Shown here piece by piece: positions 1 to 12,717 of a DNA stretch of 64,000 nucleotides. The notes under the pieces are model-generated. The model searched no databases and had not been told where the DNA came from. It saw only the letters and a list, made by a program, of their open reading frames with translations. Positions within the stretch are counted from its first letter, which is position 1. Each line of letters starts with the position of its first letter. Position numbers and translations under genes: made by a program. This DNA is from Octopus sinensis (Eukaryota), in NCBI RefSeq assembly GCF_006345805.1, contig NC_043008.1, positions 59,396,001 to 59,460,000 on the forward strand, in the 5' to 3' direction.

Positions 1-20
1 ATATATATATATTATATATA

Positions 21-98
<78 letters not shown>

Positions 99-117
99 GC
101 GTGTGTGTGTTTGTGTA

Positions 118-330
118 TCTGTGTTTGTCCCCCTAGCATTGCTTGACAACCGATGCTGGTTTGTTTATGTCCCCGTTACTTAGCGGTTCGGCAAAAGAGA
201 CCGATAGAATAAGTACTGGGCTTACAAAAGAATAAGTCCCGGGGTCGAGTTGCTCGATTAAAGGCGGTGCTCCAGCATGGCCGCAGTCAAATGACTGAAA
301 CAAGTAAAAGAGTAAAAAAGAGTAAAGAGT
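118..330 (+). mobile_element. SINE family D, 3' half
   Basis: gtgtttgtcccc...ggtgctccagcatggccgcagtcaaatgactgaaacaagtaaaagagt, the same 3' module and (GAGTAAAA)n tail as ~15 other copies in the window. Confidence 0.9.
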
Positions 331-340
331 ATATGTAAGA

Positions 341-1355
341 ATGGATGACCCACTAAATACAAATCACCACGAAAATAAGGAAAACAACAACATAATTTGG
401 AATATAATTCCTTTTGCTAAGCATTTAAAATCTAATTTTATTAAATCAGTAGTAAAGATTGTTTGCCGACATAACATGGCAGTCTTGGTTTAGGACGAAA
501 GTTGCTGTAATTTGGTCCCATGAGACATCGTCTCCAGCTGGCTATACGACACGATCTGTGTCCTTATATTTTCGAACAAGGGAATCTAGCACCCCCTCTC
601 AGCACAAACGTACAACGTTGTGAGATTTTAAAATAGTAATTTTCTAATATATTAAATCAATTAGAAATATTATTAAAGTAAACTTTAAGAACTCTAGATA
701 TGCAAAAATATTTAATAACAAAGCGATCAGATTTGGATTTTCAGTATCTCCAAACTTATTTAGGATCATCTCCTCATTTAGCAATAGGAAACTAAACCAA
801 TTCTACAATAAATTAACTCCTTCTGATATACATGCTAACCCTAATAATTCCATATCTAACAACAACTATCAAAATCACACAACCTTAATTACCCTTCATA
901 CATAGACATAACAATAGAATATCAAAAAATAGTCCTAATTGTAACTGTAGAACCCTAAGTAGTTGAGGGGTAAAAGGTAACTGTAAAGCGAAAAATGTAG
1001 CATACCAAGCTATAATTATAACCCATAATCTCTCTAAATTCAAGAACATTGGGTGTACGCACAACCCTTTTAAATTACGATTAAATAACCATAAATCATC
1101 TTTTAACGACCCCTAGGAAAGAAAATAGTACAGGTCTATCAAAAAGGTTTGGCAACTGAAAATAGGTAACATAGATTACAGGATTTCTTGGAAAATTATC
1201 TCTTCAGCTCCGTCTTATGGGCATAATAACAGGATTTGGTTTTTGTGCTTGGAAGAGAGTTATAATATTATGTAAATGAATAATTCTCTTTTGAATTCGA
1301 GAGATGAAGTTTTTTTTTCTTCTTGTAAACATATATCAAAATTCCTTTTTTATTA
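341..1355 (+). mobile_element. Penelope-like element, degenerate linker + GIY-YIG endonuclease region (frameshifts, stops, ~220-bp interruption near 466-690)
   Basis: Manual translation across frames: NIIWNIIPFAKHLKSNF ... KIFNNKAIRFGFSVSPNL ... PNCNCRTLSS*GVKGNCKAKNVAYQA ... NIGCTHNPFKLRLNNHKSSF ... STGLSKKVWQLK...YRISWKII...LCLEE ... LLNSRDEVF..CKHISKFLF; matches the PLE C-terminal CNCR/YIG/WKI/LLNxRSE motif series. Confidence 0.85.
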
Positions 1356-2592
1356 ACCTCAAATAATTTTCTCCACCTTGTTCTTATTCTCATTATTACT
1401 CCTTCTTATAATATAGTTCTACGTATAATACCTCCCTCTACATAATTACCACCTTTTTATATATAATTCCTATTATCTATACTCTCTATATTAACTACCT
1501 TACACTACTTGTTCATTCATATGCTATTTCCCGACCCCAATATTATATGACCCTTTCACACTTCTAATTAATTATATAACCTATACCAGAAATTCACATT
1601 TCTTCCCTTCTTGCTCAATACATTTTTTAGTCAAAGTATTTTATACCATCACTTAAAATATACACACACATATATACATTTTTATTGTATGTTATATATT
1701 TTTCCCAATATGTTCTTAAATACACTTCTCTCACCTATTATAATTACTACTACTTATATTATTATTATCATAATCAACTTTTGCCAATCTATTTGATATT
1801 TAAACTCTTGCTTGTTCTATTGATATACACAGTCATTCTTTAATAGTTTTCAGAGTATATTATTCATTTTTCTTTCCTTTGTAATTTTACCACCATCTCC
1901 AAAGCTCTTTCATACTTTAATATTAATACCATTTAATATATTGATAAATTTTACATCATACCCCTCTTTTGTTCATTTATCACTTTTATAGTTATTACTT
2001 TTACATATGTCATATAATATTCATATTATAATTATACTTCTCTATATCCGTATACATATGTCCATTTATACCACCATATGCTCCCATATATGTATGTGTG
2101 TATATACATGGGTGTGTGTTTGTATGTATGCACGTATATATATGTATGTTTGTGTATATATGTATGTATGTGTATGTGTATGCGCCTATATATGTATGTA
2201 TATACATATATATGTGTGTGTGTATGTATGGGTGTATATATATATGTACGAATGTGTATGTGTGAGTGTATAAATATATGCGCATATCTTTTTATATTTT
2301 CTTCTAGTTTTTCTTCGTATTTGCTTGCTTTTTTATATGCACAGTATATATAAATGCATATGCTGATCTTAAATAACTAACTTCTCTTATATTCGACGTT
2401 TAAGCATTTGAATTAATTTCGCACAAATCACCCAAATAAAAAAACTCTTTTGTCCATTCACATTCACTTTCATCACTACGCTATATAAGTCAGAAACTAT
2501 CTTTATATATATATATATATTAGGTTTGGAGGTTATGTACAGGTATTATATATTAGAAAAAATTAGGTACTTTGATCATTGAGTACCTTATT

Positions 2593-2633
<41 letters not shown>

Positions 2634-2977
2634 TGCATATATGTGTGTGTCTGTATGTGTATGTATATGTGTGAGTATATATGTATATATGTATATATAT
2701 ACATACGTATGTATATACATATATATATATGTAAATATGCATATATATATATATGTGTGTGTGTATGTATGTATCTATGTATGTATGTATATCACTACAG
2801 TATTATATTTCTTTTGTCCATTTCTGGATCCTTATTTCTTTTTTTATATTTCTAACATACTTAGCACAGTTTATATCAAATTCTATTTCAATTCTGTATT
2901 TCCCTTAGCATAATATACATATACATTCACCCCACCCTCCTAGTAAAAATGTTCTAATTGAACTTAACCTTCCTCAT

Positions 2978-3008
<31 letters not shown>

Positions 3009-3806
3009 CGGTATGGAATCATACCATATGATTATATGTTTTCTGAAAATATACTTAGCATTATCTCCCCTCCACTATAAATCTCTAACCCATAAATAAA
3101 TAATAAAACAATTTTTCTTTTTTGAAAACTTTATTCTAACGGAAGCATTTTTTCTTTCTTTTCTCTCTAAATTCTATAATAATAACAACTATACCTTTTT
3201 TTTTACAAACGAATATAATGCTATGTTACCATTATGAAACATCCTTCCCCTATGATACTACACAGATTTATTCTATTCCTGCCTTTCGATTTTCTGGTTA
3301 CTTATATAAAACCATACTAATCTACCCGTATTTCTTATCCTAGATATTCTTCTTTTAGAAAACTTTTTTTTTTTTTGATTTTTCACCATTCTCTATTGTG
3401 AATATTTCTTCATTGCTACTCATAACCGTCAAACGACAAAAGAATTTAAATATAAATTTAACTGTAGCTATGATGTCCCTTTGGATGCTTATTATGTATA
3501 TGTATACATTTATGTATATGTATATACACCTTTATGTACGAGTACGTGCATTTATGTGTATAATAAGTGTGTGTGAATATTTGTCTTTTTGTATATATGT
3601 ATATATATATATATGTATGTATGTGTGTATGTATACGGTGATATGTGTATGCGTTTGTATGTACGCATGTATGTGTATAATATATGTGTGTGCATATTTG
3701 TTTTTTGTATATATGTAATATGTATATGTATGTATGTGTATGTATACAGGGATATGCGTATGTGTATGCATGTATATGTATGTATGCATGTATATATAAT
3801 ATATTA

Positions 3807-3849
<43 letters not shown>

Positions 3850-4246
3850 TTGTGCGTATGTATGATTATATGTTATGTATATATATAATAATATAATATA
3901 TTTATCCCTTATGATAAACACCTTATATGGAATGTTTTTTTCACCACTTTAATTATACTCATATAGTGAGAATGTCTCTACGATGTTTCCTACTTATATT
4001 TCCAAATATCCGTTAGCCAAATCAGTTTTAGTCCTTACACAACTAGACTCAACTCTACCTATCCTTTTTCTTATATTTCATCTTTCGCAATCAATTTATG
4101 AATATCCGACTGAGTTATACGACGCAGACTCAATGTAGTCGCCTGTAATATTCTTCTGTTACTACATTTCCTGCTGTTTTCTTCATCTTTTGCATTGAGG
4201 AGAATGGTAACACGTAATTAAATTAATTTAATTTAATTATAATTAT

Positions 4247-4547
4247 GTTTGTTCCTTCCTGAGCCACGCCTGGCTCATAGGGCCGGTTTCCCAGTTTCCT
4301 TGGCGTATAGGTTCCCCACATGGACAGAATCCCGGTCCATCGCAGGTGAGCTGCAAGATGCAGGAGGAAAGAGTGAGAGAAAGTTGTGGCGAAAGAGTCA
4401 GCAGAAGTTCGCCATTACCTTCTGCCAGAGCCGCGTGGGGCTTAGGTGTTTTGCTCATAAACACACACATCGCCCGGTCTGAGATTCGAACCCGCGATCG
4501 CTCGACTGCGAGTCCGCTGCTCTAACCACTAGGCCATGTGCCTCCAC
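4247..4547 (-). mobile_element. tRNA-derived SINE family B, full length
   Basis: Minus-strand head gtggaggcacatggcctagtggttagagcagcgg...gggttcgaatctc (A/B boxes); TSD aattataattat at 4235-4246 and 4548-4559. Confidence 0.9.
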
Positions 4548-4725
4548 AATTATAATTATAATTAATTTAATTTTTTTCCATGTTTCTTACATGTTGGTGT
4601 TATCATTTGAAACGATCGTATGCATTGATTAAATTTTTTTAAAACTTTTAACATCTTCTCTTCTCCATCTTTAATTGTTAGTTGAGTTTATATCGGATTC
4701 TTTCCTATAACTACTCATAACACAT

Positions 4726-5110
4726 CGTGGAGGCGCAATGGCCCAGTGATTAGGGCAGCGGACTCGCGGTCATAGGATCGCGGTTTCGATTCCCAGACCG
4801 GGCGTTGTGAGTGTTTATTGAGCGAAAACACCTAAAAGTTCCACGAGGCTCCGGCAGGGGATGGTGGTGATCCCTGCTGTACTCTTTCACCACACCTTTC
4901 TCTCACTCTTACTTCCTGTTTCTGTTGTACCTGTATTTCAAAGGGCCGGCCTTGTCACTCTCTGTGTCACGCTGAATATCCCCGAGAACTACGTTAAGGG
5001 TACACGTGTCTGTGGAGTGCTCAGCCACTTACACGTTAATTTCACGAGCAGGCTGTTCCGTTGATTCGGATCAACCGGAACCCTCGTCGTCGTAACCGAC
5101 GGAGTGCTTC
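4726..5110 (+). mobile_element. tRNA-derived SINE family A, full length
   Basis: Head gtggaggcgcaatggcccagtgattagg...ggtttcgattccc; TSD cataacacat at 4716-4725 and 5111-5120; near-identical copy at 22681. Confidence 0.92.
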
Positions 5111-5204
5111 CATAACACATACTATAAATATATATATGTGTGTGTATGTGTACATGTGTATGTATGTGTATATATATATATATATATATATAACTGGATG
5201 GATT

Positions 5205-6200
5205 CTTTTATTCTTTTACTTGTTCCCCTCATTTGGCTGCAGCCATGCTGGATTACCGCCTTAAAAGGTTTTAGTTGGACAAGTTGAACCCTAGGGCTTA
5301 TTTTTTAAGCTCAGTACTTATTCTATCGGTTTCATTTGCTGAACCGCTTAGTTACGGGGACGTAAACGCGCTAAAACTGGTTGTCAAGTGATAAAAGGGG
5401 AAACACAAGCAGAAAGAAACAAACACAACCACCCAGATATATATATACATGCATACATACAAACATACATACATACATACATACATACATACATACATGC
5501 ATGCATACATACATACATACATACATACATACATACATACTACATACATACATACATGCATGCATGCATGCATACATACATACATACATACATACATACA
5601 TACATACATACATACACATACATCATACATACTACATACATAATGCATGCATACATACATACCTACATACACACATACATACATACATACATACATACAT
5701 ACATACATAATGCATACATACATACATACATACATACATACATACCTACATACATACATACATACATGCATACATACTACACACATACATACATACATAC
5801 ATACATACATACATACATGCATACATACATACATACATACATACATACATGCATGCATGCATGCATACATACATACATACATAACATACATACAACATAC
5901 ATACAATACATACATACTACATACATCATACATACATACATGCATGCAATACATACATACATGCATACATACAAACATACATACATGCATGCTCATACAT
6001 ATACATACATGCATGCATGCATCATACATACATACATACATACATACATACGATGGGCCTCTTTCAGCTTCCGTCAGCCAAATCCGCTCACAAGGCTTTG
6101 GTCGGTTCGAGGCTATAGTAGAAGACTTGCTACAGGTGCCACGCAGTGGAACTGAACCCGGAACCTTGTGGCTGGAAAGCAAGCTTCTTACCACACATAT
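5205..6200 (-). mobile_element. SINE family D with internal (TACA)n expanded to ~600 bp
   Basis: D tail module at 5205-5430 and D head module at 6050-6200 in the same orientation, separated by (TACA)n. Confidence 0.85.
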
Positions 6201-7036
6201 GGGAGATTCGATACTTCAAATCACTTAAACTATTAATCTATGAGAATAAAGAGAAAAAAACTCATCTTTTGTTTTCGAAACTAATCCCTCTTTTAATGGT
6301 TGAGAAAGAAAATTACGTCTTAATGTAGCTTTTTTTTTTTTTTTTGCTGTTGGGTTTTTTTGTTGGGTTTTTGTTTGTTTTTTGGCGAGGTAGAAAACAA
6401 GAACCTCCCATCAATCATTTATTGATTACAAATTAAATGCATTTCAGTAATTGAAATGTCACTGGGTTGAATTAATTACACGACTGAATATTTATATATT
6501 ATTTTACGCCAAACTCGTGCATCGCGATTTGTTTTTTGTCTCTTTTTAAAAAAGAAATTGTTTTATCCTTTCCTTGTGCGGCAAGTCATTCAAAATTATT
6601 TTCTCAACGACGAAGATTCCTCATGGTCAACCAAGTGCTAGAAATAGCAGCCAGATCTCACTCAATTCATTTCCTACTGTTAAAAAAAAAAGATGAGAAA
6701 GGAAAACACTTCGGCTAATGTAATCTAGATAGAAACAAATGAGTTGTTCATGGTTGAAATAGCGTTGATGATAGGTTTGCTAGGTTCGGATTAAACATAT
6801 TGGTTGTATAATTCGTGTGTTCAGATTTCATGCGGTAGATTGTGTTTAAATCGCAACCGAGACACGAACGAACGAATGCAATACACGTAACTAGAAAACA
6901 ACTGACTGACTATAGCGGTCAAAATTTCCCATGTACAGATAACCGGAACATATACTAAAAGGATGAAGGAAATAGATCTCTTCCAAAGCATATAGATTCT
7001 TTGAGCTATATCCCCGGTTTCCGTGGCGCATATGGC

Positions 7037-7138
7037 GAGCTGGCAGAGTCGTTAACACGCCGGGCGAAATGCTTAGCGGCATTTCGTCTGTCGCTATGTT
7101 CTAAGCTCAAATTCCGCCGAGGGCGACTTTGCCTTTAA
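7037..7138 (+). mobile_element. SINE family E head, truncated by a family D copy
   Basis: ggcgagctggcagagtcgttaacacgccgggcgaaatgcttagcggcatttcg...gactttgccttt. Confidence 0.8.
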
Positions 7139-7482
7139 CTTGCTTCATCCATTTGACTGCGGCCATGCTGGAGCACCGCCTTTAGTCGAACAAATCGACC
7201 CCAGGACTTGTTCTTTGTAAGCCTTATACTTTTTTATCGTGACTTTTGCCAAACCGATAAGTTACGGGGACGTAAACACACCAGCATCGGTTGTCAAGTG
7301 ATGGTGGAGGGGGACAAACACACACATACACATATATACGACGGGCTTCTTTCAGTTTCCGTCTACCAAATCCACCCACAAGGCTTTGGTCGGCTATAGT
7401 AGAAGGCACTTTCCCAAAGTGCCAGGCAATGGAACTGAACCCAGAACCATGTGGTTGAAAGCAAGCTTCTTACCACACAGCC
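7139..7482 (-). mobile_element. SINE family D
   Basis: Reverse complement of the D consensus, head to tail. Confidence 0.85.
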
Positions 7483-7526
7483 ACACATACATAACACACA
7501 CACACACACACAACACCATACACACA

Positions 7527-7569
<43 letters not shown>

Positions 7570-7671
7570 TATATATATATATATATATATATAGTATATA
7601 TTATATATATATATATATTATATTATATATATATATATATATGCATGTATGTGTGTACGTATGTATGTATA

Positions 7672-7830
7672 CGATGGACTTCTTTCAGTTTTCGTCTACT
7701 CACAGGTAGAATCCACTCACAGGTCTTCAGTCGGCCCGAGAGGAAAAAAAACACTTGCCAAATTTGCTGCACGGTGGTATTGAACCGAAAATCATGTGGT
7801 TGGGAAGCAAGTTTCTTACCAGACAGCCGC
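7672..7830 (-). mobile_element. SINE family D head, diverged
   Basis: acgatggactt...cttaccagacagccgcccctgcgcc. Confidence 0.7.
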
Positions 7831-8063
7831 CCCTGCGCCTATAACACGATTCCATACCGAGAATCGAAATTTAGAGATTATTCAAGGGTCATTAGATGTG
7901 AGACGAAGATTTTGAGAATAAAGTTTATGAAAGGATTTTGATGACGAAAATGGAATGATGTGAGTAGGATAAGTTTGAAATAATTATATGAAGACGTCTC
8001 AATTCATTCAACCGGGTGATTGTATAGCTTTTCCGTCTGCAGCATGTGTGTATGTGTGTATGT

Positions 8064-8104
<41 letters not shown>

Positions 8105-8214
8105 TGTGTGTATATGTGTGTGTATACATTCATAATTATCTTTACGACCATCATCATCATCATCATCATTATAATTACCATCAATATGCATAAGCATAAC
8201 GTATAACAAGGGAA

Positions 8215-8430
8215 GTAATAGTAGTAGTAGTAGTAGTAGTAGTAGTAGCAGCAGCAGCAGCAGCTACAGCAGCAGCAGCAGCAGCAACGGTAGCATTGTC
8301 TTGTAGCTCTTTAATCACGCCGACGTCATCTTTGTTTCTCATCCTTTCTGGGTCGATGAAATGAAGTACTAGTCAAGTACTGAGATCAATGGTAGCCCCT
8401 ATCCACGAAAAAATTTCTGACCTTAGAAAT

Positions 8431-8465
<35 letters not shown>

Positions 8466-8484
8466 TAGTAGTAGTAGTAGTGGT

Positions 8485-8557
<73 letters not shown>

Positions 8558-8570
8558 CAGTAGTGATAAC
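8215..8570. repeat. (GTA)n/(GCA)n microsatellites around a degenerate E fragment
   Basis: Direct reading. Confidence 0.9.
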
Positions 8571-8574
8571 CACC

Positions 8575-8768
8575 ACTAAGAAATGATCAAGCTCAGTAAC
8601 AATCTATTAAGCAACAACTACCCTCAAAAATATACTATCTACTCCACTTATGAAGAAAAGAGAGGATGAAACCAATAAACTATCTACAGTCTGTCTACCC
8701 TATGTGAAAGGCCTCTCCGAAAAGATACAAAAGAAATGCGGTTCATATGACATCAGGACAGTATTCAA
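8575..8768 (+). mobile_element. Penelope-like element fragment (RT-to-endonuclease linker)
   Basis: LLSNNYP...KLSTVCLPYVKGLSEKIQKKCGSYDIRTVFK; the LPYVKGLSEKI...VFK motif is typical of Penelope/Poseidon-type PLEs. Confidence 0.7.
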
Positions 8769-8838
8769 GTTACGGGGACGTAAACACACCAAGCGATGTT
8801 GGGGTGACAAACACAGACAAACAAACACATACACACAG

Positions 8839-8883
<45 letters not shown>

Positions 8884-8978
8884 GTATAATATATATATAT
8901 ATATATATATAATATATATATTATATATATATATATAGATATATATATATATATAATATATATATGTATATATATATA

Positions 8979-9180
8979 TAACGGGAAGCTTTGAAAATAG
9001 ACAAAGGACGAAGGCAGGTGGAAAACAAACGAACAATTGTATTAGTATGGCGCTCAGGAAATATAAATAAAACAAGTCTTTAACGTTCGAGCCTACGCTC
9101 TTCAACAGAAAGATACACAGAGAGAAAAACACACAGAAAGAAGGAGAGAAAAAAATGCGTGCAGTAGCTAACGAATCAAC
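8979..9180 (-). mobile_element. Short repeat next to (TA)n carrying a minimal hammerhead-like motif, copy 1
   Basis: Homologous to 27275-27475; minus strand 9113-9077 reads tcttt CTGTTGA a gagc gtag gctc GAA cg tt aaaga. Confidence 0.7.
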
Positions 9181-9300
9181 ATGGCGATCTGATTTCGGCC
9201 AGAGGTCAAAGATCAAACATGAGAGCGAGAGCGAAATAAGGGGAGATAATAGGGTTGATAATATGGTTGAAGGACCAGCTAATATATATATATATATTTA

Positions 9301-9466
9301 CATATACGACAGTTTCAGTTTCTGTCTACCAAATCCACTCACAAAGCTTTGGTCGGCCCGAGGCTATAGTAGAAGACACTTGCCCGAGGTGCCACGCAGT
9401 GGGAATGAACCCGGAACCATGTGGTTGGTAAGCAAGCTACTTACCACAAAGCCACTCCTGCGCCTA
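9301..9466 (-). mobile_element. SINE family D head
   Basis: ...gaacccggaaccatgtggttggtaagcaagctacttaccacaaagccactcctgcgcc. Confidence 0.85.
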
Positions 9467-9888
9467 CTGCCATTATCATCATAAATTAGTATCCTCCTCC
9501 TTCTCCTCCTCAACATCATCATCATCATCATCGTCGTCACCATCGTCATTAACATTATCAGTATCGTCATTAAACAACAGCCCCATCAACCGCAACACAA
9601 TCTCTCAGAAAGTATCTCTTATCAATGACGTAACACGGTAGGCAACCTCACGAATGTTTGTTGTTATTTTATGTAATTATTCATCAATTTTGACAGTCAC
9701 CATTGATTTATATATTTATTGTGTCATTGATTTTTCTTCGATGCTTTAAACAAAAGTGTTATCGCACAGGAAAGCGTTTCATAATCAGTCACATCCTCTT
9801 CAATTTAAATTGGACGTTAGCTATAGTGTAATTTTAGAGTGCACTGAATACCACGTGATGTAGTGACGTCAAAAAAAACAATGATACC

Positions 9889-10065
9889 TATTTCTTTACT
9901 ACCCACAAGGGGCTAAACATAGAGGGGACAAACAAGGACAGACATAGGTATTTAGTCGATTACATCAACCTCAGTGCGTAACTGGTACTTATTTAATCGA
10001 CCCCGAAATGATGAAAGGCAAAGTCGACCTCGGCGGAATTTGAACTCAGAACATAACGGCAGACG
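9889..10065 (-). mobile_element. SINE family E (young, long-tail subtype), 5'-truncated
   Basis: 18-bp TSD aaaaaaaacaatgatacc at 9871-9888 and 10066-10083. Confidence 0.88.
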
Positions 10066-10165
10066 AAAAAAAACAATGATACCACAAATCCAGACAGGGT
10101 CTTCTACATGGTCTGCTCGATTTGCTCGAAAAAGTAACCAAATCTCTTTTCAAATCGTCATGGCA

Positions 10166-10976
10166 TACTCTTTTACTTGTTTCAGTCATTTGACTGCGGC
10201 CATGCTGGAGCACCGCCTTTAGTCGAGCAAATCGACACCAAGACTTATTCTTTGTAAGCCTAGTAATTATTCTATCGGTCTCTTTGGCCGAACTGCTAAG
10301 TTACGGGGACATAAAAACACCAGTATCGGTTGACAAGCGATGTTGGAGGGGGGGACAAACATAACACAAAAACAAAATCGTATACACACACATACATATA
10401 TATATGCGCAGGAGTGGCTGTGTGGTAAGTAGCTTGCTAACCAGCCACATGGTTCCAGGTTCAGTCCCACTGCGTGGCATCTTGGGCAAGTGTCTTCTGC
10501 TATAGCCCCGGGCGACAATGCCTTGTGAGTGGATTTGGTAGACGGGAAACTGAAAGAAGCCTGTCGTATATATGTATATATATATAAGTGTGTGTGTATA
10601 TGTGTGTCTGTGTTTGTCCCCTAGCATTGCTTGACAACCGATGCTGGTGTGTTTACGTCCCCGTCACTTAGCGGTTCGGCAAAAGAGACCGATAGAATAA
10701 GTACTGGGCTTACAAAGAATAAGTCCCGGGGTCGATTTGCTCGACTAAAGGCGGTGCTCCAGCATGGCCGCAGTCAAATGACTGAAACAAGTAAAAGAAG
10801 TATACATATATACGACGGGCTTCTTTCTGTTTCCGTCAACCAAATACACTCACAAGGCTTTGGTCAGCTCGAGGTTATAGTAGAAGACATTTACCCAAGG
10901 TGCCACGCAGTGGGACTGAACCAGGAACCATGTGGTGGGTAAGCAAGCTACTTACCACACAGCCACTCCTGCGCCT
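10166..10976. mobile_element. Nested family D SINEs: plus copy (10406-10800) inside the internal microsatellite of a minus copy (10166-10405 + 10801-10976)
   Basis: Minus tail, complete plus element, then minus head. Confidence 0.85.
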
Positions 10977-11345
10977 ACTTACCATACAGCCACTCTCGCG
11001 TCATAGCATATTACGTCAAATTTTTTTTTTTAAAAAACAGGAGATAAAGAGAAAGGAAGATTGCTGGAATAGTGAAGTTTTAAATATCCTACGTTGAAAG
11101 TTATGGGGTATAGTCACGACTAGGATGTACGTGTTCATAGGTCTGCTCTGACAGAGATATATCAAAACATTAACAGCAATAAATACGATTCCTTAAAGAA
11201 GGAATATTTGTTACTGCTGGCATTATAATAAAAATCGAAAGAAACAGAGAAAGAGAGAGGGAGAGACAGAGACAGACAGACAGACAGGTATGTAGTCTGG
11301 CTATAATAATAGTCGCTATAAATGTTGGCAGGTGGGTTTGTTATG

Positions 11346-11569
11346 ACGCAGGAGTGGCTGTATGGTAAGTAGGCGCAGGAGTTGCTGTGTGGTAAGTAGC
11401 TTGCGTACCAACCACATGGTTCCGGGTTCATTCCCACTGCGTGACACCTTGGGCAAGTGTCTTCTACTATAAACTCGGGCCGACCAAAGCCTTGTGAGTG
11501 GATTTGGTAGACGGAAACTGAAAGAAGCCTGTCGTATATATGTATATGTATATATATATATATGTGTGT

Positions 11570-11602
<33 letters not shown>

Positions 11603-11700
11603 TGTGTATGTGTGTGTGTGTGTTGTTTTGTGTTCGTCCCCCCCAAATCGCTTGATATCCGATGGTGGTGTGTTTAGGTCCCCCGTCAGTTAGCGGTTGA
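11346..11700 (+). mobile_element. SINE family D with doubled head
   Basis: acgcaggagtggctgtatggtaagt-aggcgcaggagttgctgtgtggtaagtagc... Confidence 0.85.
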
Positions 11701-12261
11701 ATTCCCCAGTCACACTTTAAATTGTAGAGAGAGAGAGTAAAAGAAGAATGCAGAGAGAGATAACATAAGAGGTGTGTGTGTGTGTAGATTGAATGCACAT
11801 ACTCAGCTTGGTGCCAGGCAATGAGTGTATGAGCGCTAAGCCCTTACAGAGACAGAGAAGAGAAGGAGGGAGAATAAATGACCAGACTAGTTTTGGAAGG
11901 GAGTTCAAATTTAGCAGAAATAGGTTTTCGATAAAGTAAACTGCGATTATGCTGAGAAAAATTTAGAAGAATAAAAAAGTATTTATTGCAAATATACGAA
12001 TCAGAAATCTGACTTGTTTAATTTATTTTAAAGTAATAAATATTTTTCTTTTGAGAATTAGTATTCATTTCATCATTTTGTATAAGCGTGAAGACAATTT
12101 GATAAAAAGTTAAATTATATTATTGCATGTATAACATATTTCTTGGTATTACACTTGGTGGCAAAAGAACAATTCCAAAGTTCTCCGTCATATGACACTT
12201 AACACACCAATTCTATAATAATGGCGAGGAAGATTTGATCATCATTTAAGGTATCTAGGTG

Positions 12262-12412
12262 GAAATGTGTGGTTTAGTGGTTAAGATTGCGGTTTCGATT
12301 CCTGGACCGGGCGACGCGTTGTGTTCTTGAGCAAAGTCATTTCATTTCACGTTGCTCCAGTCCACTCAGCTGACAAAAATGTGTAATTCTGCGAGGGACC
12401 AGTATCCTGTCC
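12262..12412 (+). mobile_element. SINE family C, partial
   Basis: gtggtttagtggttaag...ggtttcgattcctggaccggg...ttgagcaaag...ttcatttcacgttgctccagtccactcagctg. Confidence 0.75.
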
Positions 12413-12458
12413 GCAAATCTTTTTTCCCACGAGAGTTCTGGACCCTTGTAATGAACTT

Positions 12459-12493
12459 ATTTGCATACAGCCAATCAAAGGTCACCTTGACCT
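12459..12493. promoter_or_regulatory. Motif cluster: octamer ATTTGCAT, CCAAT, perfect ERE palindrome AGGTCA-cct-TGACCT
   Basis: ATTTGCAT 12459-12466, CCAAT 12471-12475, AGGTCA 12479-12484, TGACCT 12488-12493; second ATTTGCAT 12585-12592. Motifs are seen directly; function is unproven. Confidence 0.35.
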
Positions 12494-12717
12494 TGTTGTC
12501 AAGTTAACAAACACACTCTACCAAGTAAACTCAAGACGAACAACGCGGTGTTATGCCTGATTTTAGAAGGAGACAGGTAATTAGATTTGCATCTATACTT
12601 ATTATCAGATTTTGTTTGGGCCCCATATGGTAAAGATGTGTTCGGGGAAAAATGTGGGTAGAGGGTGATGTGCTATCAACCCTCTCCCCTTACTGTTTTA
12701 GAAAGTAGACAACAACA

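Noticed and set aside
2007-3921. Many long ORFs rich in Y/I/C/V/M/H/T
   Set aside because: Translations of (TA)n/(TG)n/(TATG)n microsatellites. The same applies to the ORFs at 5352-6228, 19200-21750, 25100-27100, 52907-53252 and 62063-63621.
4726-4805. tRNA genes at SINE heads (also 22681, 50353 and others)
   Set aside because: A and B boxes are present but the sequences continue into shared SINE bodies flanked by TSDs, with no proper acceptor-stem closure.
9852-9871. E-box CACGTG next to CRE TGACGTCA
   Set aside because: Short motifs expected by chance in 64 kb, adjacent to a SINE TSD, with no promoter context.
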